DNA of 64,000 nucleotides from Azolla caroliniana (GCA_043228905.1 JBHGNT010000012.1:9672001-9736000), one strand, 5' to 3'. Shown: positions 50,301 to 62,592, counted from the stretch's first letter. Program-made: numbers and translations. The notes: generated from the letters alone by a model not told the origin.

Positions 50301-52783
50301 GCACAGTAAACTCGAGCCGGATTCCCTTCGAGCGACAGTACTCCTCGAACTGCCCCCGGTATTCTCCTCCGTTATCCGCTCGTATCGCTTTCAGCTTCTT
50401 GCCGGATTCCCTTTCCACTCTCGCATGGAGTTCTTTGAAGACGGACAATACTTGGTCCTTTGTCTTCAACGGTGCCGTCCACAGCTTCCGGTTGTGGTCA
50501 TCAATGAATGTCACGAAGTACTGGGCTCCGCCATGTGACTTCGTTTCTACTTGACACACGTCAGTGTGCACCAACTCCAATGGTGCGCTACGTCTCGTCG
50601 GTGGCCTTGAGTGGAAGGAGGCTCAGTTCTGCTTACCGGCCAGGCAATCGGTGCACTTCTCCAGATGCACATGCTTCACTGGAATAAGGTTGTCTTCTGC
50701 AAGCCTCTTCATCCCCTTCTCGCTCATGTGGCACAGTCTCTTGTGCCACAGCTCACCGGCAGTGTCAGCTGCCACGTTCAGCTCCTCCGGACATAGCCGG
50801 GAATTCATCAGGTACAGTGTGTTGACCTTCCGGGCCCGAGCCACTATCAGGCTCCCTTTGCTGAACTTCATAACACCGTTCCGGATGCTACCCGTGTAGC
50901 CTTCATCGTCTAGCCTCCCGGCCGAAATCAGGTTCAATCGAACCTCCGGAACGTGTCGAACATCCTTCAGCAGCATCTTGCATCCGGTTGATGTCATCAG
51001 CCACACGTCTCCTATGCCGGCAATCCGGCATGTCCCTTCATTTCCCATCCGGACACAGCCGTGCTCACCGGCTGTGTAGGATGAGAAGTATCTTCTTTCC
51101 GGGGTCAGGTGGAACGACGCTCCGGAATCGACCACCCAGGTAGTCTCATCGCCGGCAATGTTTAGTTCACCTTCTTCGGTGATGAGCATGATCTCCTCTT
51201 CACTTGCCGCGAGTGCCGTCGTTCCTTTCCGGTCCTGCCCTCGCCGATCCGGACCTCTCCGGTCCGTGGCTCCCCGGTATGCACCGTTTCTCTCCGGTGA
51301 CTTCTTCGAATCGGTGTCGTCGGCTCCGTTGTCTTTTCGGTAATGCCGACAATTCTTCCGGAAGTGCCCCGGCTTCCCACAGTGGAAGCATGTGGGTCTT
51401 CCTCTTGACTGCGACCGGGTCCCCGACTTCTCCCGTCTTTGCGGACTCCGGTTCCATTGTCTTCCCCGTTCCGATTCGGTAAGCAGCGCCTTCGAGTCGG
51501 AGACCGGTTCTTTATCTCTCCGACGCGCTTCTTCGTTCAAAATACTTGTCTTTACCGTTTGTAGGGACAAGTTATCTTCGGTGCAGGAGGTGCTGAGAGT
51601 CACCACCAAGTTCTCCCAGCTGTCCGGCAATGTACACATCAGGATGATGGCTTGCATTGCATCCTCCAACGGGAACTTGATCGCCGCAAGCTGGTTCACG
51701 AATCCCATGAACGTGCTTACGTGTTCCACCATACTCTCGCCGTCCCGGTACTTGAGGTTCACTATCTTTCTCATCAGGGAGGTCCGGTTCAACGCATTCT
51801 TCCTCTCGTAGAGTCCCGACAGCTTCCTCCACATCTCATATGCGTTGGTGTCGTTCGCCACGTGTTGTAGAACACTCACGTCGACGTATTGCCGAATGGT
51901 TGCAACGGCTTTCCGGTTCAGAAGCCTCCACTCCGTCTCAAGTACCCCCTTGGGTATTTCCGACCTGTCGATCGGTTCATACAGGTCCCGAACAATGAGC
52001 AGATCCTCCATCTTTATCTTCCAGTCGGCGTAGTTCTGCGCATTCAGCACCATCATCCCCGGCTGCCTGCTGCTGCCGCCTTCCATTTTCTGTGTTACCG
52101 TCGCTCTGATACCAATTTGTCGTAATTCCGTGCTCGGCCACAACCGAGGAACAGGATCGATTCACAGAAAACGGGAAATACAACAATGCACGAAAAACAA
52201 TAGAGAGAAGGGTACACTGGATGTTTTACGTGGAAAACCCTAAATGGGAAAAACCACGGGAGTGCAAGACTCCAACTATCACTATACGCGGGAATGTACA
52301 ATGGCGAGCTGCAAGGCGACGACCTTGAGCTCGCTGTCCTCGCCACAGGCGGCGGTATTACACAGAGGCGTCGACCTCTTCCTTCCTCTTTCTCTCTCAC
52401 TCTCTCTCGGCTGCTCTCACTTCGCTCCCTCTTAGTGAAATGAGCAACAACAACAAAACTGTTTGCCCTAAGTCATATTTATACATATATGACTTTCGGG
52501 TTATTTACAAATATAGCCTCGAGGGCTCTTGGCAAACATATTCACAAATATGTCCCCGCATCCGGATCTCTCTCCGGGTACATTCGTCATCCGGCTCCGT
52601 AGCCGGGGTCTTCATCATCCGGCTCCAGAACCGGGTCTTCATCATCCGGCTCCGGAACCGGGTCTTCATCATCCGGCTCCGGAACCGGATCTTCATCATC
52701 CGGTTCCGTAACCGCAACCGGGCTTGCCGTCATTCATCTCCGGACATCCGACCATCCCATCCGGAGGGACCGTAATTCCAACA
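47337..52783 (-). mobile_element. Full-length Ty1/Copia (inner), recent insertion
   Basis: 666-bp LTRs (47337-48002, 52118-52783) with about 4 visible mismatches; TSD GAGAG; PBS iMet 52103-52114; PPT 48003-48011. Confidence 0.97.
48013..52086 (-). CDS. Copia gag-pol polyprotein, single frame with one in-frame TGA at 50623-50625
   Basis: CFHCGKPGHFRKNC, WVVDSGAS, GKQN*ASF, ADNGGEY, YVDD, TDSD, SDMLTK. Confidence 0.92.
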
Positions 52784-52788
52784 GAGAG

Positions 52789-54837
52789 CTACGCAGAAGC
52801 GGCGAAGGACGCGAATTGGCGTGCCGCGATGGAGGAAGAGATGCACGCATTGGCAGAGAATGAGACCTGGGACCTGGTTGATGCACCGAAGGGTGTGAAG
52901 CCGATCGAGTGTAGATGGGTGTACAAAGTCAAGTACAACACCGATGGTTCGGTCAACCGGTACAAGGCTCGGCTAGTGGCAAAGGGCTACACGTAGAAAC
53001 ACGGCATCGACTACGATGAGACGTTTGTGCCGGTCGCGAAAATGATGACCGTCCGTGTTTTGCTCGCAGTAGCTGGGGCGAAGGGGTGGCACCTACATCA
53101 GATGGATGTAAAGAATGCGTTCCGGCAAGGTGACCTTGAGGAACAAGTGTACATGGTACAACCCCCCGGATTTCACTCTGGAACGAACTCCTCGGCAGTA
53201 TGCCGACTGAAGAAGTCCCTTTACGGACTGAAGCAAGCTCCGCGTGCCTGGAACGCGACGATCATGCAACAACTGCGTCAGATGGGCTTCGTCACGTCAA
53301 AATCGGACTCTTCCCTGTTCATCCGGAAAGGTCGATTCAGACCGGTTAGTATTTTACTATATGTTGATGACTTGGTCATCACCGGCGCCGACCTAGGTGA
53401 AATCGACCGCATGAAGCTCCAGCTTGCGGCATCGTTCGACATGAAGGACTGGGGGACCTTCATTACTTCCTCGGGATCGAAGTGATCCGTACCCCCGAAG
53501 GCATATTGATCAGCCAACGTCATTACGTGCTGAGTATGCTCTTCAAGCTCGGGATGGCCGACTGTAAGTCCGTCTCGACTCCTCTGGACAGAATCGTCAA
53601 GCTTTGTCCCGATACGGGAAAGGTATGCGACCCAACGAGGTTTCGACAAATTGTCAGAAGCCTCATATACTTGACCATCACCCGACCCGACCTCAGTTAC
53701 CCGGTTAGGGTGATCAGTCAGTTCATGGCGCGAACTACCGAGGAGCACCTTCAGTGTGCGCAACGCATACTTCGGTATGTCAACGGCACTAAGGACCGCG
53801 GATTGCTATATCGGACCAGTGCAGCCGCACAATTAGTCGGCTACACCGATGCTGATTGGGCTGGCAATGCCGCCGATCGCCGATCCACGTCTGGATACGC
53901 GTTCTCCCTCGGGAGTGCCGCGATAGCGTGGAGTAGTAACAAGCAGCCGACAGTTGCACTGTCGAGCACCGAAGCTGAGTACCGAGGAGCGGTTGTCGCG
54001 ACATGCGAAGCCATATGGTTGAAGCGGCTACTTAAGGACCTACAAGAGGAAGTGTCAGATCCGACGACGATCTACTGCGACAACCTCAGCAACATCCAAC
54101 TCGCGAAGAACCCCGTTTTCCACGCACGGACCAAGCACATTGAGGTGCACTACCATTTCGTCCGTGAGCGTGTCCTTTCCGGTGAAGTCGAACTTCAGTA
54201 CGTTCCGACGGATCGGCAGACTGCCGACATCTTCACTAAGCCCCTTGGTCTAGACAAGTTGCGGCAATTCTCCGGTGCGCTCGGATTGCGTCACCTCGAC
54301 GTGCCAAACTTGAGGGGGAGAACAGTCCCAAATGACCAAGCAAGGCAGCAGGAAAGGAGCGGAGACCATGACACCGAGTCGGTTGACGACTTCGAATCGG
54401 CTGAAGAAGCCGAGGGCGGACCCGCGGAAAAGTTCGGAAGCAGACAGAAGGGGAGCAGCCGAATGAGGGAGCCGAAGCCAACCACGCATAGGGGAGACGA
54501 TGCCATCGAGGGCGAGAAGACCGAAGACGAGTTGGAGACAGCCAACTCGGACGAGAGTGAAAACCGATCGGAGGTAGCCGAGTCGGTTCGGATGTTTGAT
54601 TCAGACACGCTGAATCAACCGAGGCCCAAGCGGAAGAAAAGGCAGCAGGAGAAGCGTCAACACCGCAACAACAGAAGAGCTAAGGGCCGCATGAGCAGAC
54701 AAGCCGACTGGAAGGGTCGAAGCGCGCAGAGTCGAACAAGTCGAGGAGCACGAGCGAGGCGTGAAGCCAGGAGGCACCGGAGCTATGTGCCCGAGGATCC
54801 CGAAGAGCCTCAAGTTGAGCTTGAGGGGGAGTGTTGA
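52789..54837 (+). pseudogene. Outer Copia RT-RNase H with a C-terminal extension of about 170 aa
   Basis: YKARLVAKG, LYVDD, YTDADWAG, ADIFTK; the ORF continues through the PPT into the LTR. Confidence 0.9.
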
Positions 54838-55589
54838 GAGACAAGCTCAACATCGGCCGGATCGACTGAAGAAGCCGAGGACCGGATCGGTTGGGACCGA
54901 TCGGTTAGGCCGAGTGCGTAAACGGGGAGGTCGTTAGGAAAGATATTCCGTGAGGAATATATTTGGGAGTTAGTGTAGGAGCTCTTGATGAGCATTGAAG
55001 TACTGTCAGTACTTCGGTCAATCCTTCTAGGGCTTGTATAGAAGTGTTCACTGAGCACGTCTTCTGTACAGACTTGAGTATTATTGTTGAATATAGTTTT
55101 TTGTGTCTACTCTCTCTATCTCTCCTGCGTATACCGTGTAAGCCCAAGCTCTCCATTGAACCTGAGTTTCCTTCCTTCTGTTCGGTCTACATACCTGCTT
55201 CCGCACGCTACTTTTTACACAGGGCCTGAACTAGTTGGTCGATTGGCGATGTGGGCATATGTTCTTGAGTTTGTTGTTGTAAGAATTCGGGATTGATGGA
55301 GTTTGTGTTGCCGCTATTGTTGTTATGTTGCATCATGGCGTGTGTTGTTGGGGTCGTGAGTTGGGGCTTCTTTGCCCGTCTTCTCCACCAAGATGTGAAA
55401 TGCTCTCAAAATAGCTCCCTTTCCATTACGTTCTAAGTTACATCTTCTAGGCTACTCTTAGCGTGGTGGGTGTTTTCCCGCTCCTATTAGCACTTCTAAT
55501 TATGGGGGCTTGCTGGGGGCCTAATTTGGGTGTGCTCAGTGTGACCCTGGTTAGGTGGGGCCTTGGATAGGATACGTGGTAATACCACA

Positions 55590-57168
55590 ATATGTTATAT
55601 AGAGTGTAGCTATGAATTTATGCATGCAACATTGGAAGTCAGTACTTAGTGGTTACAACTCCATGTTGCAGTTGTGAAGACTTTGTTCCAATTTGGCAAC
55701 ACAAACTCCGTGGTTGTAGTTTAGTGTCTAAAATTCCACGTTGTGGCCGTGGAAACCTAGGCTCGAATCCTAGCAAGGCCACAACAAAATTGAGTCTATA
55801 TCAACTTGTAAACTGCTAAATCCAATGGATTTTTGAGATAGCAAGTTAGTAGCAAATACCAAGAAGCATAACAATTTCATTTGAGCAAGAAACTACGACC
55901 AACCATCCCCAAGAAAGGTTCCAATCAAATGTTCGTCCCAACCAAGATTGTTTTCCATTAGAGAGCATTTGATGGTTGTACTTTAGTGGTTAGAAGTCCA
56001 CGTTATGGTCATGGAGACCTAAACTCGACAAACAATGAGCTTGGCATTATACATTGTTGTCAGAGGGCCTTGAGCAAAATAATCGACTCAATGGTTAAAA
56101 TTCGAGGTTGTCGTAGTTGAGATTTGCCCATGACTTGCATTGAGGACCCTGAAATTTAGTGTACATTCACGTGCGAAAACTATTAGATTTGGAATTCGGC
56201 AGGGTATGAAGTTGGCATATCATTGGTTTTCATTTTCCACATTGCACAATGTTGTCACAAGTGCAATCATGGCTCCTATTTCATGTAGAATGTGCACATG
56301 AATTTGTTCATGGCTTTATGGAAACTTGCATCATATATCGTATAGATTGTGTACATGAGTTTAGTCACGCCACATAGGAAGTCAAATCTTAGTGATTAGA
56401 ATTCCATCTTTATGTATGCCTTTATGGAGACTTGTCTAATATGTTATATAGAGTGTAGCTATGAATTTATGCATGCAACATGGGAAGTCAGTACTTAATG
56501 GTTACAAGTGCATGTTGAGGTTCAGAAGACTTAGTTCCAATTTGGAAACACAAACTCGGTGGTTCTATTATAGTGGTTAGAATTCCACGTTGTGGCCGTG
56601 GAGATCTGGGCTCGAATCCCATTAACCACACCTAAAGTGAGTCTATATCAACTTCTAAAGATGATTCAAATCCCAATGGATTTGAGATAGAAAGTTGGTT
56701 GTAAATACCAAGAACCATAACAATTTATTTTGAGGAAAAAACTACGATCAACCATCCCCAACAAAGGTTCCTATCAAATGTTCGTCCCAACCAAAGATTG
56801 TTTTCAATTGAAGAGCATTGATGGTTATACTTTAGTGGTTAGAAGTCCACTAAGCTCAACAAACAATCAGCTTGGCATTATATATTATTGTCGGAGGGCC
56901 TTAGTCCATATTACATATGAAGTTGGCATATCATTAGTTTTCATTTTCCATATTGCATAATAATTTCACGAGTGCAATCTTGGGTGATATTTCATATACA
57001 ATGTGCACATGTATTTGTCCATGGCTTTATCTAGACTTGCCTCATATGTCATATAGATTGTGTACATGAACTTAGTCACGCCACATAGGATGTCAATTCT
57101 TAGTGATTAGAATTCCATATTTATGGATGCCTTTATGGAGAGTTCCCTAATATGTTATATAGAGTGTA
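55590..57168 (+). repeat. tRNA-His-derived array, about 1.9 units
   Basis: Homologous to 31686-33592; main His copies at 55710-55783 and 56559-56630, both degenerate. Confidence 0.9.
56559..56630 (+). pseudogene. trnH: tRNA-His(GUG) pseudogene
   Basis: Anticodon arm intact; D and acceptor arms carry mismatches. Confidence 0.7.
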
Positions 57169-57169
57169 G

Positions 57170-58212
57170 AGGTAGTACTCTCTGCCGACTCCGATGTCTG
57201 TCTCCGAACCAATTCTAGAGGATGAGGCTAGTGAGCCTGAAATGATCCGAGCAGATGAAGAAGAAGAGTCTGGGACTCTCGATAAGAGTTTGATTTCATT
57301 CCGGGTAACTGGGTCGAATGAGTGAGTGGGTAGGATCAACCAGTGAGATGAAGAGCCGGGGAGTAATGGAGAGTTGGCCATGCTTTCCCCATGTAAGAAA
57401 CCGAGGAGACGGCTCATGCGCAAAGAAAAAGGGAAAAAGAAGATGCCAGATTTGTAGAGACGAGTTGAATCGGAGGGAATTTGACTCCGGAAGGAAAGAA
57501 GACGGACCTTCGGTTACGAAGTATTCGGACAAGAGAGCCTTAAAATCAGGAAACGAGCAATTACGTTGATGAACCCGCCAGAAGAACCCCGTCAAATGGT
57601 ATGAGTATAATGAGTACATGGCGCATCATTATGTGCACATGAGAAAGGTGGCGGAGTGCATGAGCCGGAGAGCTATGCAGAGGCAGAAAAAGCCGTGAAT
57701 TGGCGTGTCACAATGGAGGAAGAGATGCAGGCACTCGATGCCAACGACACATGGGACCTGGTTGACCCTCCCCGACATTGCAAACCGATTGGTTTCAAAT
57801 GGGTGTAAAAGGTGAAGTATAATGCTGACGGTTTGGTCAACCGGTACAAGGCCCGGTTAGTTGTCAAGCAATTCATGTACAACCACAAAATCGATTATGA
57901 TGAGACCTTTGCTCCGGTAGCGAAGATGACAACAACTGATGTGGTGCTAGCGGTTGTTGTGCCAAGGGGGTGGCATCTTCACCAGATGGATGTGAAGAAT
58001 GCATTTCTTCAAGGTGACCTCGAAGAGCGGGTTTACATGATATACCCGCTCGGGTTTCAGTTAGAGATGAACAAGTCCACACTCTACCGATTGAAGCAAG
58101 CCCCACTTCACTTGGAATTCGAAAATCATGTACCGGTTGCGTAACATGGGGTTTGAAGCCTTGATGTCAGACTCTTCATTGTTCGTTTGGAAAGGTCCAG
58201 ATGGTCCGGTAC
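57170..58212 (+). pseudogene. Decayed Copia fragment (IN-RT linker and RT N-terminal part) related to the outer Copia
   Basis: YNEYMAHHY, YKARLVVK, QMDVKNAFLQGDLEE. Confidence 0.85.
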
Positions 58213-59463
58213 TGTCACAGACACACCAACCGCGGACTAGGACGGGTCTGCCTCCTTCCTTGGCTCCATTCCCTCAGAGCGGGGTGTCAATGCGATGTCC
58301 TTCACTGGACCCGATTCGTCCCCCTCTTGCTTTGCGTCACTACGCTTCTTGCGACGCAGGAGGTTCTCGGTGGGGTCTTCCTCCGCCTCCTCCTCTTGGG
58401 TCCTGATATTGATCTTCGTTGCCAAGGGGTCCGACTCTTGTTCCTCTTGGCACAACTTGATTTTCAGAGGCCTTACAAGTGGTTCCACCGGTGTCTCTGT
58501 CTCTGCTTGCCTCTTCCGGCTTTGCGGTTCCTTCCCTTGTTGTGAGGTACTGCTCTCTTTCCATCCATGTGTGTGCTTGGCCAGAAGTTGCTGCCGTTTT
58601 GAAGGTTTGTTAGGAGTGGTGTCCGTTATTCGAACCTGCTTATTAGTCCTTACCGGCTCCACCGGTGGCGCCACAAGAGTCAGCCATTGAGCCACGACCG
58701 TCCATAATTTCTTGCCGTTCTGCACTGATTCTATCACCGTCCGCAAACAATCGGGGATGATTACTGACCAATCCACTTGCACCCCTGTGTACATAGCAAT
58801 GATGAAACCGGATTTGTTCTTCGGCATTGTTGGGTGTCGGGGGTACACGAACCCGTACTCGTGGAGGACACGAGCCACTTCTCTAAACAGAGGGTCCTCC
58901 CCGCCCTATGTTCGGTGAGCCTTACTAGCGAGGGAATACTCGCCAAAAAACTTGGTTAGTGTTTTAGGAGAAGGGTTCTCGATCAAGTAGATACCCCCTT
59001 ATGGTAGTCCTCTTAGCGCAGGGATGGCTTCCTCCGTTATGACGTCCGTGTCGATTTTCTGCACAGCTTCTTCTACTTCGTCATGCGGCAGTGCCTTTGC
59101 TATTCTCAGGAAGCATCCCAGCCCATGTTGGTTGAACCACTTCTTGGCTGTTTCGGAAAATGCCATAGGTTCCATCTCGTCTTCTAGTTCTACGGGGGTA
59201 GGCAGCGCCGATGTGCTTGTCTGTGCTTCTTGCGTTCGTCTATTCACTTGTATTTTCCTTTGCGCGCTCAGTGCTCTGTGTTCGCGAAATGAAAGAGACT
59301 CTGCGAGGCGGAGGTTTCTTGTTCCCATGGTTGTCTCCTTTCTCGATTCTTGCGCATGCATATAGTGTACTATAGTAGCAATTGTGGGACACGTGGTGCA
59401 CTTTAACTAGGCTTTAAATAGCCACTCTACACCTTTTCGAGGTGTCCATTCGTTCCTTGGCTC

Positions 59464-61636
59464 TGTCACGGATCATAAACTCAAGAGACAAGCAAGAAGA
59501 TAACCAAATGGACAAGAAAGAAGATAGTATTAAAGGAAAGACTCCATAACTGGTGTTGTTCACCTTGAATTCCTTCAAGGTGAACTCAACTATTTATACT
59601 AAGTGGCATGCATACTTGTTGCACGCATGTGATACAACAGAGTATGTAGGCAATAGGTACGCATGCATGTGCCAAGTGTTAATAATACAAGGGAGAAATT
59701 ATGCACATGATGCTAGCTAAAACCTACAATGAGGAAGTATATACATGATTATATGCTAGATGTGTGGTTAACACATAACACTCGATTATAACATGGTCAT
59801 GCAAGAGTCGAATCTTGACATTATCCCCCCTTCAACGATGCCTTCCTAAATCGTTTGTCGGCTTAAGGGGATATTGTTAATGAAAATCTTAGATCACCTC
59901 CAAAGTATTTTGTAAATCCTAGACAAGGAGTAACCCTTCCACAAGACGAGGTATTTTACGCCAACGGGCATGAGTGACCATATGTGGTCCTCGTCTAGAA
60001 CTGGAACACAAATATCAACGGGTGTGAGCGACCATGTGCGGTCCTCACGGGGAGCATGAACACCAAGGGGCATGAGTAACCATGTGAGGTCCTTGCCGAG
60101 AACTGGAACGGTCCTCGCTGAGAGTTGGAACACGAACACCAACAGGCGTGAGCAACCATGCTGTCCTCACCGAGAAATGGAACACGAACGGGATTAATCG
60201 ACCATGTGTGGTCCTCACCAGGAACTGGAACATGAACAACAATGAGCATGAGCGACCATGTCGGTCCTCACTGGGATCTAGAACATAAACAATAGTTGGA
60301 GTGAGCGACGGTGTGTGGTCCTCACCGGAGACTAGAACACAAACGGAAGTGAGCGACCATGCGGCCCTCACCGGGAACATGAACATGAACACGAATGGGA
60401 GTGAGCAGTCATGTGCGGCCCTCACCGGGAACAGGAACACGAACGGGCGTGAGCAACCATGCGGCCCTCACTCGAACACGAACACCAACGGGAGTGAGTG
60501 ACCATGTGCGGTCCTCACCTGAGACTAGAACATGAACGGGAGTAAGCGACCATGCAGCCCTCACCGGGAACAAGAACACGAACAAGAGTGAGAGACCATG
60601 CGGCCCTCACTGGGAACTCGAACACGAACGGGCGTGAGTGACCATGCGGCCCTCATCGGAAACTCGAACACGAACATGCATGAGTGAACATACGGCCCTC
60701 ACTGGGAACTCGAACATGAACACCAGTGGGAGTGAGCGACCATGTGCGGTCCTCACCGGACACTGGAACACGAACGGGAGTGAGCGACCATGTGGCCCTC
60801 ACACGGAACTCGAACACGAACGAGCGTGAGCGACCATGCGTCCCTCACCAGGAACTTGAACACGAACACCAACAGGAGTGAGCGGCCTTGTGCGGACCTC
60901 ACTGGGAACTGGAACACGAACACCAACGGGAGTGAGAACTAGAACACGAACACCAATGGGAGTGAGCGGCCTTGTGCGGCCCTCACCTGGAACTGGAACA
61001 CGAACACAAACGTGAAAGAAACTAAAAAATAGAGACAATGATGAGGAGAAACTAAAAGGCAATGAAAATGATGAGAAGAAACTAGGAGATAGAAATGGCG
61101 AGGAAGATAGGAAATGAAGCGATGTTGATGATGGTACGGTGACGATGGTAACTCTAGAAGCAAGGTCGATGATGGAGACGGGTGATGCTTCTAGTTGGAA
61201 GGTGAACAAATTGTCACGGACACACCAAGTACGGACTAAGACGGAGCACGGATGATGAGACTACGACGGAGCGATGACGGAATGACACAAGAGCATAAAG
61301 ATAGAGATGAAGATTAAGGAGACAAGATTGGGCGAAATGAGAATACTAGATTGATATGTCCATGACTGGCGTTGTTCACCTTGAATTCCTTTAAGGTGAA
61401 CTCAACTATTTATACTAAGTGGCATACATACTTGTTGCACGCATGTGATACAATAGAGTATGTAGGCAATAGGTACGCATGCATGTGCCAAGTGTTAATA
61501 ATACAAGGGAGAAATTATGCACATGATGTTAGCTAAAACCTACAATGAGGAAGTATATACATGATTATATGCTAGATGTGTGGTTAACACATAACACTCG
61601 ATTATAACATGGTCATGCAAGAGTCGAATCTTGACA
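59464..61636 (-). mobile_element. Non-autonomous LTR element (chromovirus derivative) with mismatched LTRs
   Basis: TSD GGCTC; LTRs 59464-59820 and 61212-61636 share their right ~280 bp; PPT GGGGGGATAA at 59821-59830; chromodomain remnant VKYLVLWKGYS. Confidence 0.85.
59960..61012. repeat. Minisatellite, about 49-55-bp unit, about 20 copies
   Basis: GAACACGAACGGGAGTGAGCGACCATGTGCGGTCCTCAC motif recurs. Confidence 0.9.
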
Positions 61637-62272
61637 GGCTCTGCATGATCATCTTTTCTTCTTCTTCTTCTTCTTTTCTTTTTTTAGTTCCGGTTACCCG
61701 GTAACCCTGGCTCCCTTGTCTTCATAGTTGTTGGCGATCGGTATGTTGCTGCCTATGTCCGCATTGTTCTCTGGTTGATGAATCGGGTTCTATGGCATGG
61801 GTCCATAATATGATTTAAGTCAGAACCCATTTACCCACTTGTCCAGCACCTCGCAAGCTAGCGTTCCCAACTGATATGAGCCGTTCAACTCTCGCGCTAT
61901 CCAATATGGTCTGGTCCACCGGAACCGTAGCTTCCCCGACATTATTGCCCATCCGGGTCTGGAACTCTAGTATCGGCTTGCCGATTCCAAACATCTTCTC
62001 GTTACCCTTCCGGTGGCGGTCAAGGAATGCTTTCCTTCGTCGCTGCTCGAGTTCCATCTGCATTAGGCTCACTATTTGGTGTTCCTCCAGCTCGCATAGT
62101 TCTGCTAACCGGATTTTTTCCGACTTCTTCTTGCTTAGCCACTCCCGGACCTGTATCTGTAAGCTTGGAATCTGGAATTCAATTGGCATTACCGCTTCGA
62201 GACCAAATGCTAACCAAAATGGTGTTGTCCGGATACTTGTTTTGTATGCCGTTCGGTAAGCCCATAACGCGT

Positions 62273-62527
62273 TGTCGTGCCTTTCAGCGCCAGATCATTG
62301 CGTGAGTCATGTGCTTGATCCGGTTCTTACCGGGTTTCCTTACCTGTCCTCCTTGCCGGTTCCTCCTTCATCCGGTTCTCCTTACCGGGTCCTCCTTACA
62401 GCTTCCTCCTTCATCCGGTTCTCCTTACCGGGTCCGCCTTACCGGTTACTCCTTCATCCGGTTCTCCTTACCCATCCAGAGCAACCAAAAAGCAATTTTC
62501 ACGTAGTGTGCGAATTACACTACGACA
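62273..62527 (-). mobile_element. 255-bp solo LTR of the Trp-primed Gypsy family
   Basis: TGTCGT...ACGACA with both termini homologous to 25553-26204. Flanks GCGT/ACGC. Excision restores integrase HSALW. Confidence 0.85.
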
Positions 62528-62592
62528 ACGCTGTGCAGCTTTGTATCCCAATTGGTTCGGTTCTCATTGACAACCTTTCAGAGAATGTTCTG

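Larger units (their letters stand above)
44203..55219 (+). mobile_element. Ty1/Copia element (outer), decayed, hosting a nested Copia
   Basis: TSD CAGGG; LTRs 44203-44497 (about 93 bp shorter) and 54832-55219; PBS TGGTATCAAAGC at 44498; PPT TTGAGGGGGAG before the 3' LTR. Confidence 0.95.
58237..62592 (-). mobile_element. Gypsy 3' fragment: integrase end plus a downstream extra ORF, interrupted by two insertions
   Basis: NWDTKLHS|ALWAYRTAYK..TPFWLAFGLEAVMPIEF (62590-61815); ORF pieces 58999..59361 and 58237..58878. Confidence 0.7.

Noticed and set aside
44941-52033. Antisense and overlapping ORFs in the Copia elements
   Set aside because: Shadow frames of GC-rich pol coding sequence
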